Assembly (NCBI GenBank): GCA_037379345.1
Contig: CM074516.1
Location: forward strand, 35,873,626 to 35,937,625
DNA length: 64,000 nt
Reading direction: 5' to 3'
Source: Perna viridis
Lineage: Eukaryota
Shown one piece after another: positions 15,205 to 27,215 of the stretch (positions within the stretch are counted from its first letter, which is position 1; every line of letters starts with the position of its first letter). Position numbers and translations under genes: made by a program. A model generated the notes under the pieces. The model saw nothing but the letters and a program-made list of their open reading frames with translations, was not told the origin of the DNA and made no database searches.

Positions 15205-18200
15205 AACTGTATGTCCTTTTCATTACTGTTAATGTAGATTTTTTTTTGGTATGTTAAAATCTAACTAAGTGAATGCAGAATTAAAGTAAACGTTTTCTAA
15301 TCTCAAAACTAAAGATCACAAGTCAGTTCTTATATAAAATATAAAACAATGTCTTAACCAGTAGAAACAAACAGGCGACAAAACTTTTTAAATTAACATA
15401 ACAAAACAGTTCAAGACAAATTCATTCTCAATGCAGATCCGTAACAGCACCGAGATTAGACAATTTTGACACTAATGATCAGACTAGGACATTACCTTTA
15501 CACAAACTAAACAAGTTAAGGCCATAAATTATCATTTATAGCCAAATGCATGTGTTTACCTTTGAAGTTCGTATAAAATTGTCATTTGCGCGGTAAAATT
15601 TCACGGTAAAGTGTTTATTACTGCATTAAAAACTCTCAAGTAGGTTGCATACATTGTCAAGTTATGTAAAACACTTCAAGAATCATTACCTGTGTTTTTC
15701 CTTGTTAAGTGAAATAAATATTCTCATTATGACGTAGAGAGTGTTGTATCATCATTTTTCGATTTCATCTTTACAGAAAATGAATATATGACCATTGGCT
15801 TAATACATGTGTTTTCTTGACGAGAAAAAGGGCCTTAACTCCTACATGTAAATGAAATGTGTGGATCGATTCCAAAGTTGACATTTCATATGATCCAAAT
15901 CGTGTTTTCAAGTTAAGAAAGATTTTCTCGATTGGTTAATGATTGTCATCGGGAAAAAATGTCCCTGATGGACATGACAATCAATGGAAAAAAAACTCTG
16001 CTAATCGAACGAGGTGTGATATTGAAACTGGAATTCAAGTACAAAAAATGTTATTATTATTATTAATATTTTTTGTTGTTGATATATTTTGTTATTAAAG
16101 AGATGACCATCTGATCGGCCAATCAGATTTCAGCTTTCATGACGGTGAAATCACAATTTAGAAGGAAAAAATTAGCCTAGCTAGAGATACCACATGCAGT
16201 AACTGAATGGATAAATTACAAGTAGTAGGTCTAATTTTAATTAGATTGTTTCCTTTCATCTTTACCATTAAGCTTAATTTTCCTTAGTAGTCTGTAAGAT
16301 GTAATTACTCACACGTCTTTTTATCATAGAAGAAAAGGAACATGCTAAGTAAATCAACACTTTACTTATCTGATATGAACACTTTATCACGGCGACATGA
16401 GCTGCTCCTTTTTTATAAGCCATGTCATTCTAGTTTTGCCAAATGTTATCATTTATTAACCATAATTAGCTTTGTGTGATGAGAGCCAAAGTCAACAATA
16501 CAAAGTAGTAAATAAAATATATCTCTTGACTGATAACGCTCTTTAAAGTGTTGATTTCCGTTCAACTCGAGAATAACACTGTCGGTATTAAAACAATATC
16601 TGTGCGATAATTGTGATGTTTTCAAACTGTGCGTGAAATTACATCGAATAAAGTAGTTACTAATTATGATATTGTAAAGGTATACGCACGGTTCCCATCG
16701 TAAAGCATCGAATATGAAACGAACCTTGTGTGCTTTTTTATTAAATACTAATGAAGTTCAAGATTATTCCATATTTGACAAATTACACCCGGAAAAAGGC
16801 TATGTGCTTTATAATATAATGCAAATTTCCAAGCGTTTATTGTTTCAAAGACGTGCATTTATACCATTCTGCCTGTGACAAAGAATCAATTGGTCGTTTA
16901 AACAAAGAAACTTTGAATGACTATGCCTGTATTCCTCTATTTTTTTGTGGTAAGGGGGGGCTTGTTGTCGTTACCAGACATAATAATGTTTGGAGTAGTA
17001 TTATATTTATAGCCAATTCTATCGTGCAATTGCTACTCAGTACACCAATAGTGATGAAACAATAATCAGGTTTCACTATATATCGGCCCTAGTTACCAAA
17101 AGTACTCAACTTTAGTGATTCACAAGTAAAGATCTTCAAGAACTCGGAAATAGCAGGACGATAAATATAGATTTATCATATAAGAGTAATGTTTTGGTAA
17201 ATCCATTAAGTACTCGGATACATAACTGAGATGGAAAATACAAAGCATAAAAAGGCAAAACGCTTTCGTAACACGTTTATAGTGGTAGTGATAAGTGGTA
17301 TTAACGTAAGAAATTTTAATAATGATATCTCTATTATGTCAACATGTACAGTACAGTGCATAACCCTGTCACAAACTATCAAGAAAGGTAAAAACCGTGA
17401 TGTTTTTACCTGAACTAACTATGCAAAGTTTGTGGTTTAAAACTACTAGTTTTCTAATGGCGTGCGTAATACTAAAACAGGGTTTGAATGGAGCAGGCTG
17501 GAAGATTTAATTTCACAAGGAATGAAAATCTAGATGGATTTATATGAAGACATTTTCCATCATCCTTCATAAATCTTACCGTTTGATGAGATTAAAGTTT
17601 GCACCCTTTTATGAATGAGTTGACAATAGGCATGGGAAATAGGTCTACAATAAGCATGGGAAGAAAGGCACTTTTTTCATAGCAGTTCTCTTTAAAGATA
17701 TGGTGAGACTGAACGAACGTGTTTAACATGAAATATACATTGGCCCGAAAAAGAATTAGAAAGGGGAGTGAAAAGAAGTTTTATACTAGTCATCACGGCA
17801 TCGACTTTCATTTTTATGACGATAATGTTAAGATTATACAAAATGTATTCCCATATAACTACTTATAATACAAAGTACATTGTTATAATTCGTGGTATTT
17901 TGTTTCTATATATTTTTTTTCAAATAGTTTTGGTCTATACTTTAGATGAAGTCATCACTATTTTCATTTTAAAATAAATGTTGTCTGATGAGCATTTACT
18001 TAAAGTTTCGTGGAAGAACTATTCAGCTTCAAACAGCTGTCGTACGATAAACATATTGAGTTATTTTTTGTAATAGACTGGAATTATGCTCCATCAAACA
18101 CGGCATGTTTTCTTCTCAATTTCTCCCCCTAATTTTAAAAATGGATGAGTACTGGTACTTTAATAGTGCATTAACTTTATAGGAACCAATTAACGTGTGT

Positions 18201-18735
18201 CAGAAAATGATTTAAAAGCAGATTCATGTATTTAAAATCTACCGTTTAAACATTATCATATATATAAATACATGTAGTATAATAAAATATTTCGTTTGAT
18301 ATTGGAAATTTTATTTCGAGATTACAACAGACTCAACAAAATGATACAAATGATGGATGTAAATACTATAACAATTATAAGGTCAACATCAAAATCTCAT
18401 TATTTGTATCTTCTCAAATAGTTCGCCGTCATAGAGTTGTAGAAGACACTTAAGTATGGGATATGCAAATTGAATAAAGAACGAGTATTTTGTGAACCTC
18501 AAAGACAAAAATAACTTTGTCAATTTGCGTAACTATTATTAAGACACTGTTGTTTTGAACTTGGATGTGCGAATTCTATTTCTAGAAGCAATATCCTAGC
18601 ACACTTGTCTTTCATGGCAATTATAAACCTCAAAATTAACTTTATTTGTCCTCGTACATCATTTTTTGTCACAAGGATTTATCAGCAATCGAAAGAAATT
18701 AAAACTATAAAAGAATTCATAGATAAGCGACGTAC

Positions 18736-18928
18736 CTGTATATATTTCTTCAGGAACGTATTTCCCATTTTTTGGAAGATCTAAAATCCGAATTGCGAAT
18801 CCGTTATCCCCAGGTTTTCGTTTAGCGGTCGTGTGGATTGGGGTCCTTTCACAAATACTAAAACAATCTGCACAATAAATAGTCGTAATTGAAAACAGTA
18901 AAACTCTCCAAATGATATTAACATCCAT
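18736..18928 (-). CDS. SPON1: First coding exon of an F-spondin/spondin-1-like secreted protein (signal peptide + start of Reeler domain); remaining exons not found in the window
   Basis: Translates MDVNIIWRVLLFSITTIYCADCFSICERTPIHTTAKRKPGDNGFAIRILDLPKNGKYVPEEIYT. A hydrophobic leader is followed by C-x-R-x-P...PGDNGF-x-I-x-I...YVP-x-x-IYT, which I recognise as the invertebrate F-spondin Reeler N-terminus. Similarity stops exactly at ACAG|GTACGT (donor at 18735, phase 1). Confidence 0.8.
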
Positions 18929-18970
18929 GTCGAAATGTGAATAAATCAAAACATGTATTATAAAACTAAT

Positions 18971-18990
18971 CTACAAATATGAATAAAATA
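18971..18990 (-). other. Possible splice acceptor upstream of the spondin ATG
   Basis: Minus strand TATTTTATTCATATTTGTAG, 42 nt before the ATG; would imply an upstream non-coding exon. Confidence 0.35.
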
Positions 18991-20092
18991 ATATTCAATA
19001 GCCTTTGGTATAAATCCAAAATGTTTCTAATTAATCAACTCCCACAAAGTTCAGAAAAGTATTCCAAAAGTGTGCATCTTTTTATCCGATTTCGAAAATT
19101 CATTTTTAGGATATGTATTTCTCAACACTATGATAGCATAACAACTACTTGAGGAAAATATAACATTTTGTATGCTAAATTTAGGTAGTTACCTATATGT
19201 CAATCATTAATATAAACCCCACCCACTGGCGTGTTGTATTTTATATTAGTGATAACGTGAGGCGTACTTGTATTCATTTTTTACACCTGCGAGTTCTGAT
19301 AATAAATAACATATTGAATGGACAAACTCCCTTCTCAAATTGACCACTTAAATACCGATTGGTGTATTATCCATCTCTTGTTTTCTAATGACGAGTTAAA
19401 GATCTACACGTTCGGAGAACTAGGTATTTGTTTTGTAGATAAAATCTAAAATAATATTTCAATGGTATAACGTGATTTTTCTTTAAATATTTTGACACTT
19501 TGGTATTTCAAAATGTTTGCCAAAAGTCCACGATTAAACAAATTTTGTCTCTACTTATAAAAAATGACAGCTAAGCTCCATTTATATTCTTAAAGAATAA
19601 ATAATTGATTCTGTTTTAATCTATAGCTTGATAATAAAATCCTGAAGGGGGAAAGAGCATGCAATTAATTTCTTGGTGCACATACAAATAAACTGAGTGG
19701 TGTATAACTCGACAGTCGGCTTAATGTAAGTCTTCTTGTAATCTTAATGAAACTCTTAGTTCAAGGCTTCGTTGCGACATCATTAAAAAAACACACCCAA
19801 TAAACTGCTGTTTCGTTCCATTGGCAGTTTACACCCTCTAGTAGGGATTTCGTGTCAGGCATTCTCGAGATATTCTGTTCTAGTTTAATTTTCTGACAAT
19901 GTCATCTTTGTGTTGACGGGTCCGTTGAGCGTAAAATCTACACTCATTAACAACAAGATAACATTTTTTTTATTTGTAAAAGACTTTCAGACAGAAAATA
20001 CTGCGTTGACGTAATATTCTAAACTTTGGTAATGTGATATGAAATTAAGATGAAACATTAACAATTGGTATAAGATAAATACTGAAAAATCT

Positions 20093-20342
20093 CCGTGGCG
20101 GATCCAGAATTTCAGGTTGGAAGCTTTAATAAAAAGTTAGAATTTGTGAAAATTCAAAATTTCATGCAACAGTCCTATGTTACTGTGTTGCTTGCCCAAA
20201 ATAACAAATTCAGTTTGATTAGAGTTAATTCGAGTTACAAATTAAAAATAGTTTTCTTTTAAAGGCATATTGTGAGTCTACGTTTATTTTTGCACACTTT
20301 GATAGGCGCCTTCATATAGTTTTCTGTTTAGGTTCCGCTATA
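20093..20342. mobile_element. Degenerate MITE with CAGTGGCGGATCCA-type TIRs
   Basis: Left end CCGTGGCGGATCCAG; decayed right end TAGGTTCCGCTATA; a cleaner right-end fragment of the same type (TGGATCTGCCACTG) lies at 39841-39854. Confidence 0.35.
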
Positions 20343-21324
20343 CAGATAGGTCACTGCAGATAACTTTATGACAATTAGTGGAAATAAAGATATATTGAGA
20401 CACTTAAACAAGAAATCCAACATTTTTTCCTGTAAACAGTATATTTTTTTTTCAAAACCTTACATTTTGGAGATCCATTAAAAAAAGATTGATATTCTTT
20501 TCTATTTTGTAATGGAAATCTGTAGCCATGTAACATGATAAAATATATATCAGTTTTCATAACAAATTTTGGGTGCCTTCTCAAAATTAATTGTAAAAAA
20601 AAACAGGTTTTCTTAAATATCACGCATCTTAAAACTGCCAGAAAAAGTAAGCGGGCGTGGTATTATTGTAAAAATACAAATCAAAAGTGTACATTTTTCT
20701 GCTCATTTGTTCATGATTTTAATTCTTAAACTTCGTGCAAAATTTTGCATTTTGAAAAAAAAACCAACCACTTGGCACAGGGAAGAGAACCCAATCCGGC
20801 GAGAACCCGAATCTTTCCGGACAGCTTAAAGGATGCATTTACACCTTTTTGCATTCACAAGTATTGCAGCATCTATTTATGTACGAATGCTCTACTACCC
20901 ACAATCAATATTTCCCCCAAGTGTCACCTTTTATTTTTAAGTTTTACAAAATTAGACCGGGTCCGTTGTTTGTACGAAACAGTACCGCTCAATTCCATCT
21001 GTATAGTGCAATCTTGAGGCGGAGGGTGCTAATAACACTCGCCTGAAACCGCGCCTGACCTCTATGGAAGTTACAGTAAAAGTCTCGGCTGATATCTCTA
21101 CCATGAGGACCGATTTATTCAATTGGCCTTTTCGTGCTTATTTTATGAGCAGACTCGGTATTTCCGCGAGATAGGTGCAACGCATTTCCCTAAAACAAGT
21201 GGTTGAAAACAGTTTCTGGAAAGTTTGGTATTTACTTTGGAGAATTACCAAAAGAACCTGTTAATAAATTTAGTACGAAAAGGTCTTACTATCATGGTTT
21301 TCTTTTCCGAACCACTGGATAAGA

Positions 21325-21520
21325 TGTTTGTTTTTAGAACAGCAGAAGACTATTTCCGTACTAGTTAACCCACACTATGCTCCCCATGCTTACTGGAGTT
21401 TGAGGTTGCTCACTTGATTTTAAATTTCTGTTGGTTTGCTTTTCATTAGTATGTTTAGTTTGTTGTTTCCGGCTTTTTGTCTCTCGATTTTCGTGTAATA
21501 ACAGTTGTTTCCTTTGATTT
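21325..21520 (+). mobile_element. Old, degraded copy of the Penelope-like 3' end
   Basis: Similar to the 21825-22040 and 58910-59145 tails (TAGAA..GCAGA.GAC, ATGCTCCC, GTTGCTCA, T-rich tail). Confidence 0.5.
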
Positions 21521-21649
21521 TACTGAATATTCAAAATTCACAAAAAGTAATTTTTTCTTTGTTTCCTAGCAGGATTTTATTCAGTATACTTACTAGTGCT
21601 GAATCCAGTTTCTGCAAGAGTAGATTGGAGTCAAATAGATGGATTAAAG

Positions 21650-22040
21650 AATTCTTGAACTGGGTTATGTTGCTACAAGATTGAAGTCATCACTACAGAA
21701 GTTTTATGGTCGTCATCATGAACTAGTGGATCGTTATGGTGTATCCATCTGCGTCATGAGAACCGAATTGTTCACTGTGTCATAGTGTTCCTTTCCTACT
21801 CCGGACTTAACGCTATATGAGAAACTCGGCGGGTGCTTCTAGAAAAAGATTACACTTATGTCATCGGTGCACCTGGTCCATGCTCTCAGTCCGAGTTGCT
21901 TATTTGCTTTTGTTTCTGTGTACGTTTTACTTTGGTATTTCATTATCTTTGTTGTTGTGTCTGTTTTCCCTGTTTGGTCTTTATCCTTGAATTAAGTTCT
22001 TTTGATTTCTGCTCGAATTTTGGTTCTTTTGATCACTCTT
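21650..22040 (+). mobile_element. 5'-truncated retroelement 3' end, probably Penelope-like (RT C-terminus + 3' UTR)
   Basis: 21663-21785 reads GYVATRLKSSLQKFYGRHHELVDRYGVSICVMRTELFTVS*, matching my recollection of the C-terminus of an abundant bivalve RT family; closely similar to the copy at 58744. Confidence 0.75.
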
Positions 22041-22043
22041 CAC

Positions 22044-22111
22044 ACATAGAGTGTACCGAAAAGACCGTGTGCGTTAAACATAGAGTGTACCGAAAAGATC
22101 GTGTGCGTTAA
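22044..22111 (+). repeat. 34-bp tandem duplication (2 copies)
   Basis: ACATAGAGTGTACCGAAAAGA(C/T)CGTGTGCGTTAA twice, 1 mismatch. Confidence 0.95.
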
Positions 22112-22281
22112 TCTATATATGATTTGCTTTGCTTTTGTACTTACATGTTTCCAGTATGTTTTTGTTAGCTCTTTTGACTGATTTGATAATTGGAGAGAAA
22201 TTACATTTTTATGTTGAGAACGAATATTTTCAGTTGTACACACCGTCCTCTATTTAAAACGATTTGTCGAACAGCTGTAAA

Positions 22282-22748
22282 GGCTAAAAACCACTAATTC
22301 CACTTTCCATAGGCTTCTATGCTAATTTCACAATATTCAATGGCTTCTCTGGACTTTACCTTAACTTTAACCTGCAGAGGACTATATATCAGCATGATTC
22401 TACATATGTCAACTCACAACCCTCAGAATGGCATGTGGGGTTAGCAGACTTGCAGTGCAGTACTGGTCACCGGAAGTGAAGGGTCTATAAATAGCATGGG
22501 AAATCCTAGTGTTTTCACAAGATAGGGGTATATTTAAAAATCATTATGGAGATTAGGCTTCACATCACAAGAAGCAAAATGCACCTATAAAATGTACAGA
22601 AATGTTTTTTCTTTCAGAAACTGTTTAAATTTTTAAAATAAGATGAGAACTTTTTTCACAGCACTATGAGGAACAGGGGTAATTTCTGCGTAGGACTATT
22701 TTTGCGTACGTTCCAAATGCTCATTGGTTGAATTGGTGGTCTGTAACC
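22282..22748 (+). mobile_element. 467-bp non-autonomous TIR element, copy 1 (GG...CC termini, Kolobok-like)
   Basis: Near-identical inverted copy at 46299-46764; imperfect TIRs GGCTAAAAACCACTAATTC / GAATTGGTGGTCTGTAACC; TGTAAA on both flanks. Confidence 0.9.
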
Positions 22749-23994
22749 TGTAAATTGTTCCAAACCAAGAGATTATTTACTCTTACAATTATATAGGAAG
22801 ATGAAAATGCAATTAATGTCGAACGTCCTTTGGCTATGGGGCTGATGATTTAGGTATTGGTTTCGACACAAAACAAGTCTACCACACCAAATATCGAGAC
22901 AAACATGACAAATATGACTTAAGGTATAGATTTATGATCGGTCGAATCCAACCTGTCTTATTCTATGTCCTGTTCATATGGGCATCATAATTAGCCATAA
23001 TGGCCGCCCCGATGACAATTTGCTGGACCAAACATGCATATTACATGTACAACGGTGAAGTTATGAGGGAATGATTTATTTATTATAGAGATATAAAATG
23101 TAGGGTATATTAAAGTCCTTTATTTTGGATAACCAAAACAAAAATCAAGAAATTCGAAGCATGTGAAATGTAAAATAAAAAATCTAGAATAAAAAAAATG
23201 TAATTTTAAAGGTCATCAGACTTGATTTAACACAAGGAACACAAAATAAGTTGTTTTAAATGGTTATTTCTGATGTTGCCATCCAGACTAGAAAACTCAA
23301 ATTTCAATTCCAAGTTAATTCATTACTGTTATATTTAAGTGTTTTCGTTTTAAATGATAATCTATGAATGATTTCAGATACTTGTAATGATTAGTGTATT
23401 AAGTTGTGAATGAATGTATGTTTTACCATAAGTTGAATTTAATGAGATTTGTTTTTACTACGAAAAGTAACTATCAATTACAAAGTCACAAATTAAATTT
23501 TATGATCTTCCGAAATTGTGGGAAATTTACTATTTTTATAACTGTGACAAAATCTGGGTGACATGTAACTTACGTCCGCCCTAATCTTTTCATTAAAATT
23601 TTTATCATATCTTAAAATGCTTAATGTATTTTTAAAACCTAAAACGTTTTTCATCTTTTTAAGACTTATGAGCTTATGTCAAATCACGTTGTCCATGGTA
23701 ACACGTAAAACGCATATATTAATTTGTCGCACGAGAAAAGGCTATTAACACGTATTGTGTAGAAACTTGAAGGAAATACAAAGAACCTAACTTAAATTTA
23801 AGAAAGAACTCAGATCAAGAGGCGGAAGCTTTGACCATGTCCACCGGTAGGATAAGGTAGCATCTACTCGAAGCGGTCGTCAAGATGACCTCGTCTATGA
23901 AGGCTGTGAAAATTATCACGACAATATAAACATTTTTAAATGGTTTAAAAGTGTGAAAATTAATTTAACAATTGTTTTTAGCGCTTAAGAACAG

Positions 23995-25380
23995 AACAAG
24001 GACCAGGAGCCTACAGACAGAAACAATAGCATGTAAAACATACTGATAACAAGGCCAAAAGCATATATGCAGAGAAAAGCAACATGTAAAGACCTACAGA
24101 TAACAAGACCAGGGACCTACAGACAGAGACAACAACATATAAAGACCTACAAATAACATGACCAGGGGTCAACAGACAGAAAAAAATAGCATGTAAAGAC
24201 ATACTGATAACAAGGCCAGAAGCCTATATGCAGAGACAAGCAACATGTAAAGACCTACAGATAACAGGCCCAGAAGCCTATAGACAGAGACAACAGTATT
24301 TAAAGATCTACCTACATATAACAGGACCAGGAGCCTATAGAAAAACAACAAGTAAAGACCTACAGATAACAGGATCAGGAGGCTACTTACAGCGACAACA
24401 ACAAGCGAAGACCTACAGATAACAGGATCAGGAGCCTACAGACAGATACAACAATATATAAAGACCTACAGATAACAGGATCAGGAGGCTACTTACAGCG
24501 ACAACAAGAAGCGAAGACCTACAGGTAACAGGACCAGGAGCCTATAGACAAAGAACAAGTAAAGACCTACATATAACAGGACCAGAAGCCTATAGACAGA
24601 GACAACAGTATTTAAAGACCTACATATAACAGGACCAGGAACCTATAGACAAAGAACAAGTAAAGATGTACAGATAACAGGGCCAGAAGCCTATAGACAG
24701 AGACAACAGTATTTAAAGACCTACATATAACAGGACCAGGAACCTATAGACAAACAACAAGTAAAGACCTACAGATAACAGGATCAGGAGCCTATAGACA
24801 AACAAGTAAGGACTACAGATAACAGGATCAGGAGCCTACAGACAGATACAACAACATATAAAGACATACAGATAACAGAATCAGGAGGCTACTTACAGCG
24901 ACAACAAGAAGCGAAGACCTACGTGTAACAGGACCAGGAGCCTATAGACAAACAACAAGTAAAAACCTACAGATAACAGGACCAGAAGCCTATAGACAGA
25001 GACAACAGTATTTAAAGACCTACATATAACAGGACCAGGAGCCTATAGACAAACAACAGGTAAAGACCTACAGATAACAGGATCAGGAGGCTACTTACAG
25101 CGACAACAAGCGAAGACCTACAGGTAACAGGACCAGGAGTCTACAGACAGAAAAAATAGCATGTAAAGACATACTGATAACAAGATCTGGAACCTACAGA
25201 CAGAGACAACATGTAAAGACCTACAGATAACAAGACCATTGGCCAACAGACAGAGACAGCAATATGTAAAGACCTACAAATAACATGACCAGGGGTCAAC
25301 AGACAGAGACAACAACATGTACAGACATACAGATAACAGGACCAGAAGCCTATAGACAGACAACAACAACATGTAAAGAC
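23995..25380 (+). repeat. Minisatellite, about 27 units of about 44-57 bp (mostly 48 and 53 bp)
   Basis: Consensus AGGACCAGGAGCCTATAGACAGAGACAACAACATGTAAAGACCTACAGATAAC with recurring variant units. Confidence 0.97.
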
Positions 25381-26089
25381 TGCGAAAACAAATTAACAAA
25401 TTAAGAAAAGAAATGTATAATTTATTTTATACATTTGTATAAGATCATGAACGAACATCTGTGAACTTGATCAAGTTTATCGTAATGATCACAGAAAATG
25501 TTTTAATGAAGGGATGTCATGTTAAGTTTGGAAAAAAACATGCTGTCTAATATTGACATAAGAAATGAAAAGCTTCATATGAAAAGATCAAATTAACCAA
25601 GATGCTGCCAATACATTGTAAAATTCAGCCTTAACTCTTCAAATCAGTTTATATAACAGCGACTATGTTGTTCTTTACAATTGCTCTAATCTGAAATTGG
25701 CAAGTCATACGCCTGTAACGAAGCTGATTTTTTGGCCCGCGAGGGAGTTGTTCATGATCTAAGAAAAATCGTTATATTGAATTTTCTCTAATTGTTGTTA
25801 AGACTATTGCAAGTTTTAATGATATGGAGTAGCAGAATAGATAAGACACCGACCCTGTGAAATAGGAATTTATTATAGTAATATATAAAACAGTATTACA
25901 TAACACTTGAGTATTAAGTGTTTGAATAGTCCTATCATACATATATGAGGTAACACTATATCAACATTGGAATCTATCAACTGTGAAGCAAGCTAAATCG
26001 TTGCGTTGTGGATTTCAACTATGTTGTTATTTACGTGCTCATTTCATATGAAACCAAGCTCAGTTGCTGGATTTATTTAACCTATAAAA

Positions 26090-26490
26090 ATAGGTGATGA
26101 GATATGATTGCCATTTTGACGGTCATCCGCCAAAAAGTCCAGCAACGAACAATGAAACTTCTACAGGTCATCACACGGTCTTCACTGATAGCAAAACCCA
26201 TATCATAAAGCAAGCTGTAAAAGACCCCAAAATAAAAGATATTATGCTATTCATAAAATTCGAACTCATCTATAGGAAAAACGTAAAACGAATAACAATG
26301 AACACAAAATAATGACAACCACTGGGCTACAGGTACCTGGCCCGGGACAGGCACATGAAGTATGTGGTGGGGTTGAATATGTTAGTGAGTGCTCAACCCA
26401 ACCTAACCTGAGGCAGTGGTGGGAAAATACAATAAAAATGACTACAAAAATCAGTTGAATTCGGATTTAACTCTTGACATCGATACAGAA
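26090..26490. repeat. Diverged copy of an abundant mytilid-type interspersed repeat
   Basis: Resembles a repeat I recall from Mytilus (ATGATTGCC...GGTCTTCA...GACAACCACTG...CCTG..GGGACAGGCA...GTGGGGTT); shares modules with 27085-27215 and 34292-34460. Confidence 0.6.
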
Positions 26491-27084
26491 TTCAAACACT
26501 TTAGCAAATAGGACAAGAGACAACAAGCGGAGAGTATAGTTTTTATTTTATATTGAGTCTTCCATAGTTACTTTATTTTCCTATTTGAGTTTTATGTAGC
26601 GTTTTAATTTCGTTTTCCCCCCGACACCTTCAACAATTTGGGAGTCTTCATGGATTATGGAGCACTCTATATAAAAGTTGCTTAACGAGACCATATATAA
26701 CTGTCATATTTTCTAAATCTGATTATTTTCTTATATGATAAACATGTAATTAAACCGTCGCAATTTTAAATGATCATTGATTCATCATAGGGTGGATCCA
26801 TTTCATCGATCTAACATAACGAAGGTTTGTCAGTCAATTGACTGCTTTGCAGTTTTTATCCGGGCTTCACAAATCTAGGTTGAAGATAACCCTGATGTGT
26901 GATGTTTAGTTTTTATATTTCTATTTAAAATGATGATCAAGTAAGTGACAGTTTATGTGACAATTCTATAAAGTTCTTGTCTTTCTCAACGAAGGGCATA
27001 ATGACAAAATTTCCGAATTGAAAAAAAATCTAGGCAGTAGTCAAAGGGAATAGTCAAGTGGAAAGTCCGTATAACAAATAGCAA

Positions 27085-27215
27085 TATCTGGGTAAAAACC
27101 GGAAAGTTGCAAACTATTGCAATGGTCCTGGCTTGGTACAGGTATTTCATAATGAAAGGTGGGTTAAACCAGGTTTTATAGCGCGCTAAACCCCCCGCTT
27201 CCATTACGGTTCATT
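27085..27215. repeat. Interspersed repeat fragment sharing the CCTGG..GGTACAGG / GGTGGGTTAAA core with 26330-26380
   Basis: Direct similarity within the window, plus recalled similarity to Mytilus repeats. Confidence 0.55.

Noticed and set aside
18659-18949. The 96-aa ORF as a complete protein
   Set aside because: It starts at a TTG upstream of the likely ATG (18928), and residues after 18736 are intron read-through.
23995-25380. CRISPR-like array or repetitive protein
   Set aside because: Variable parts recur instead of being unique spacers, there are no cas genes, the context is eukaryotic, and unit lengths break the frame.
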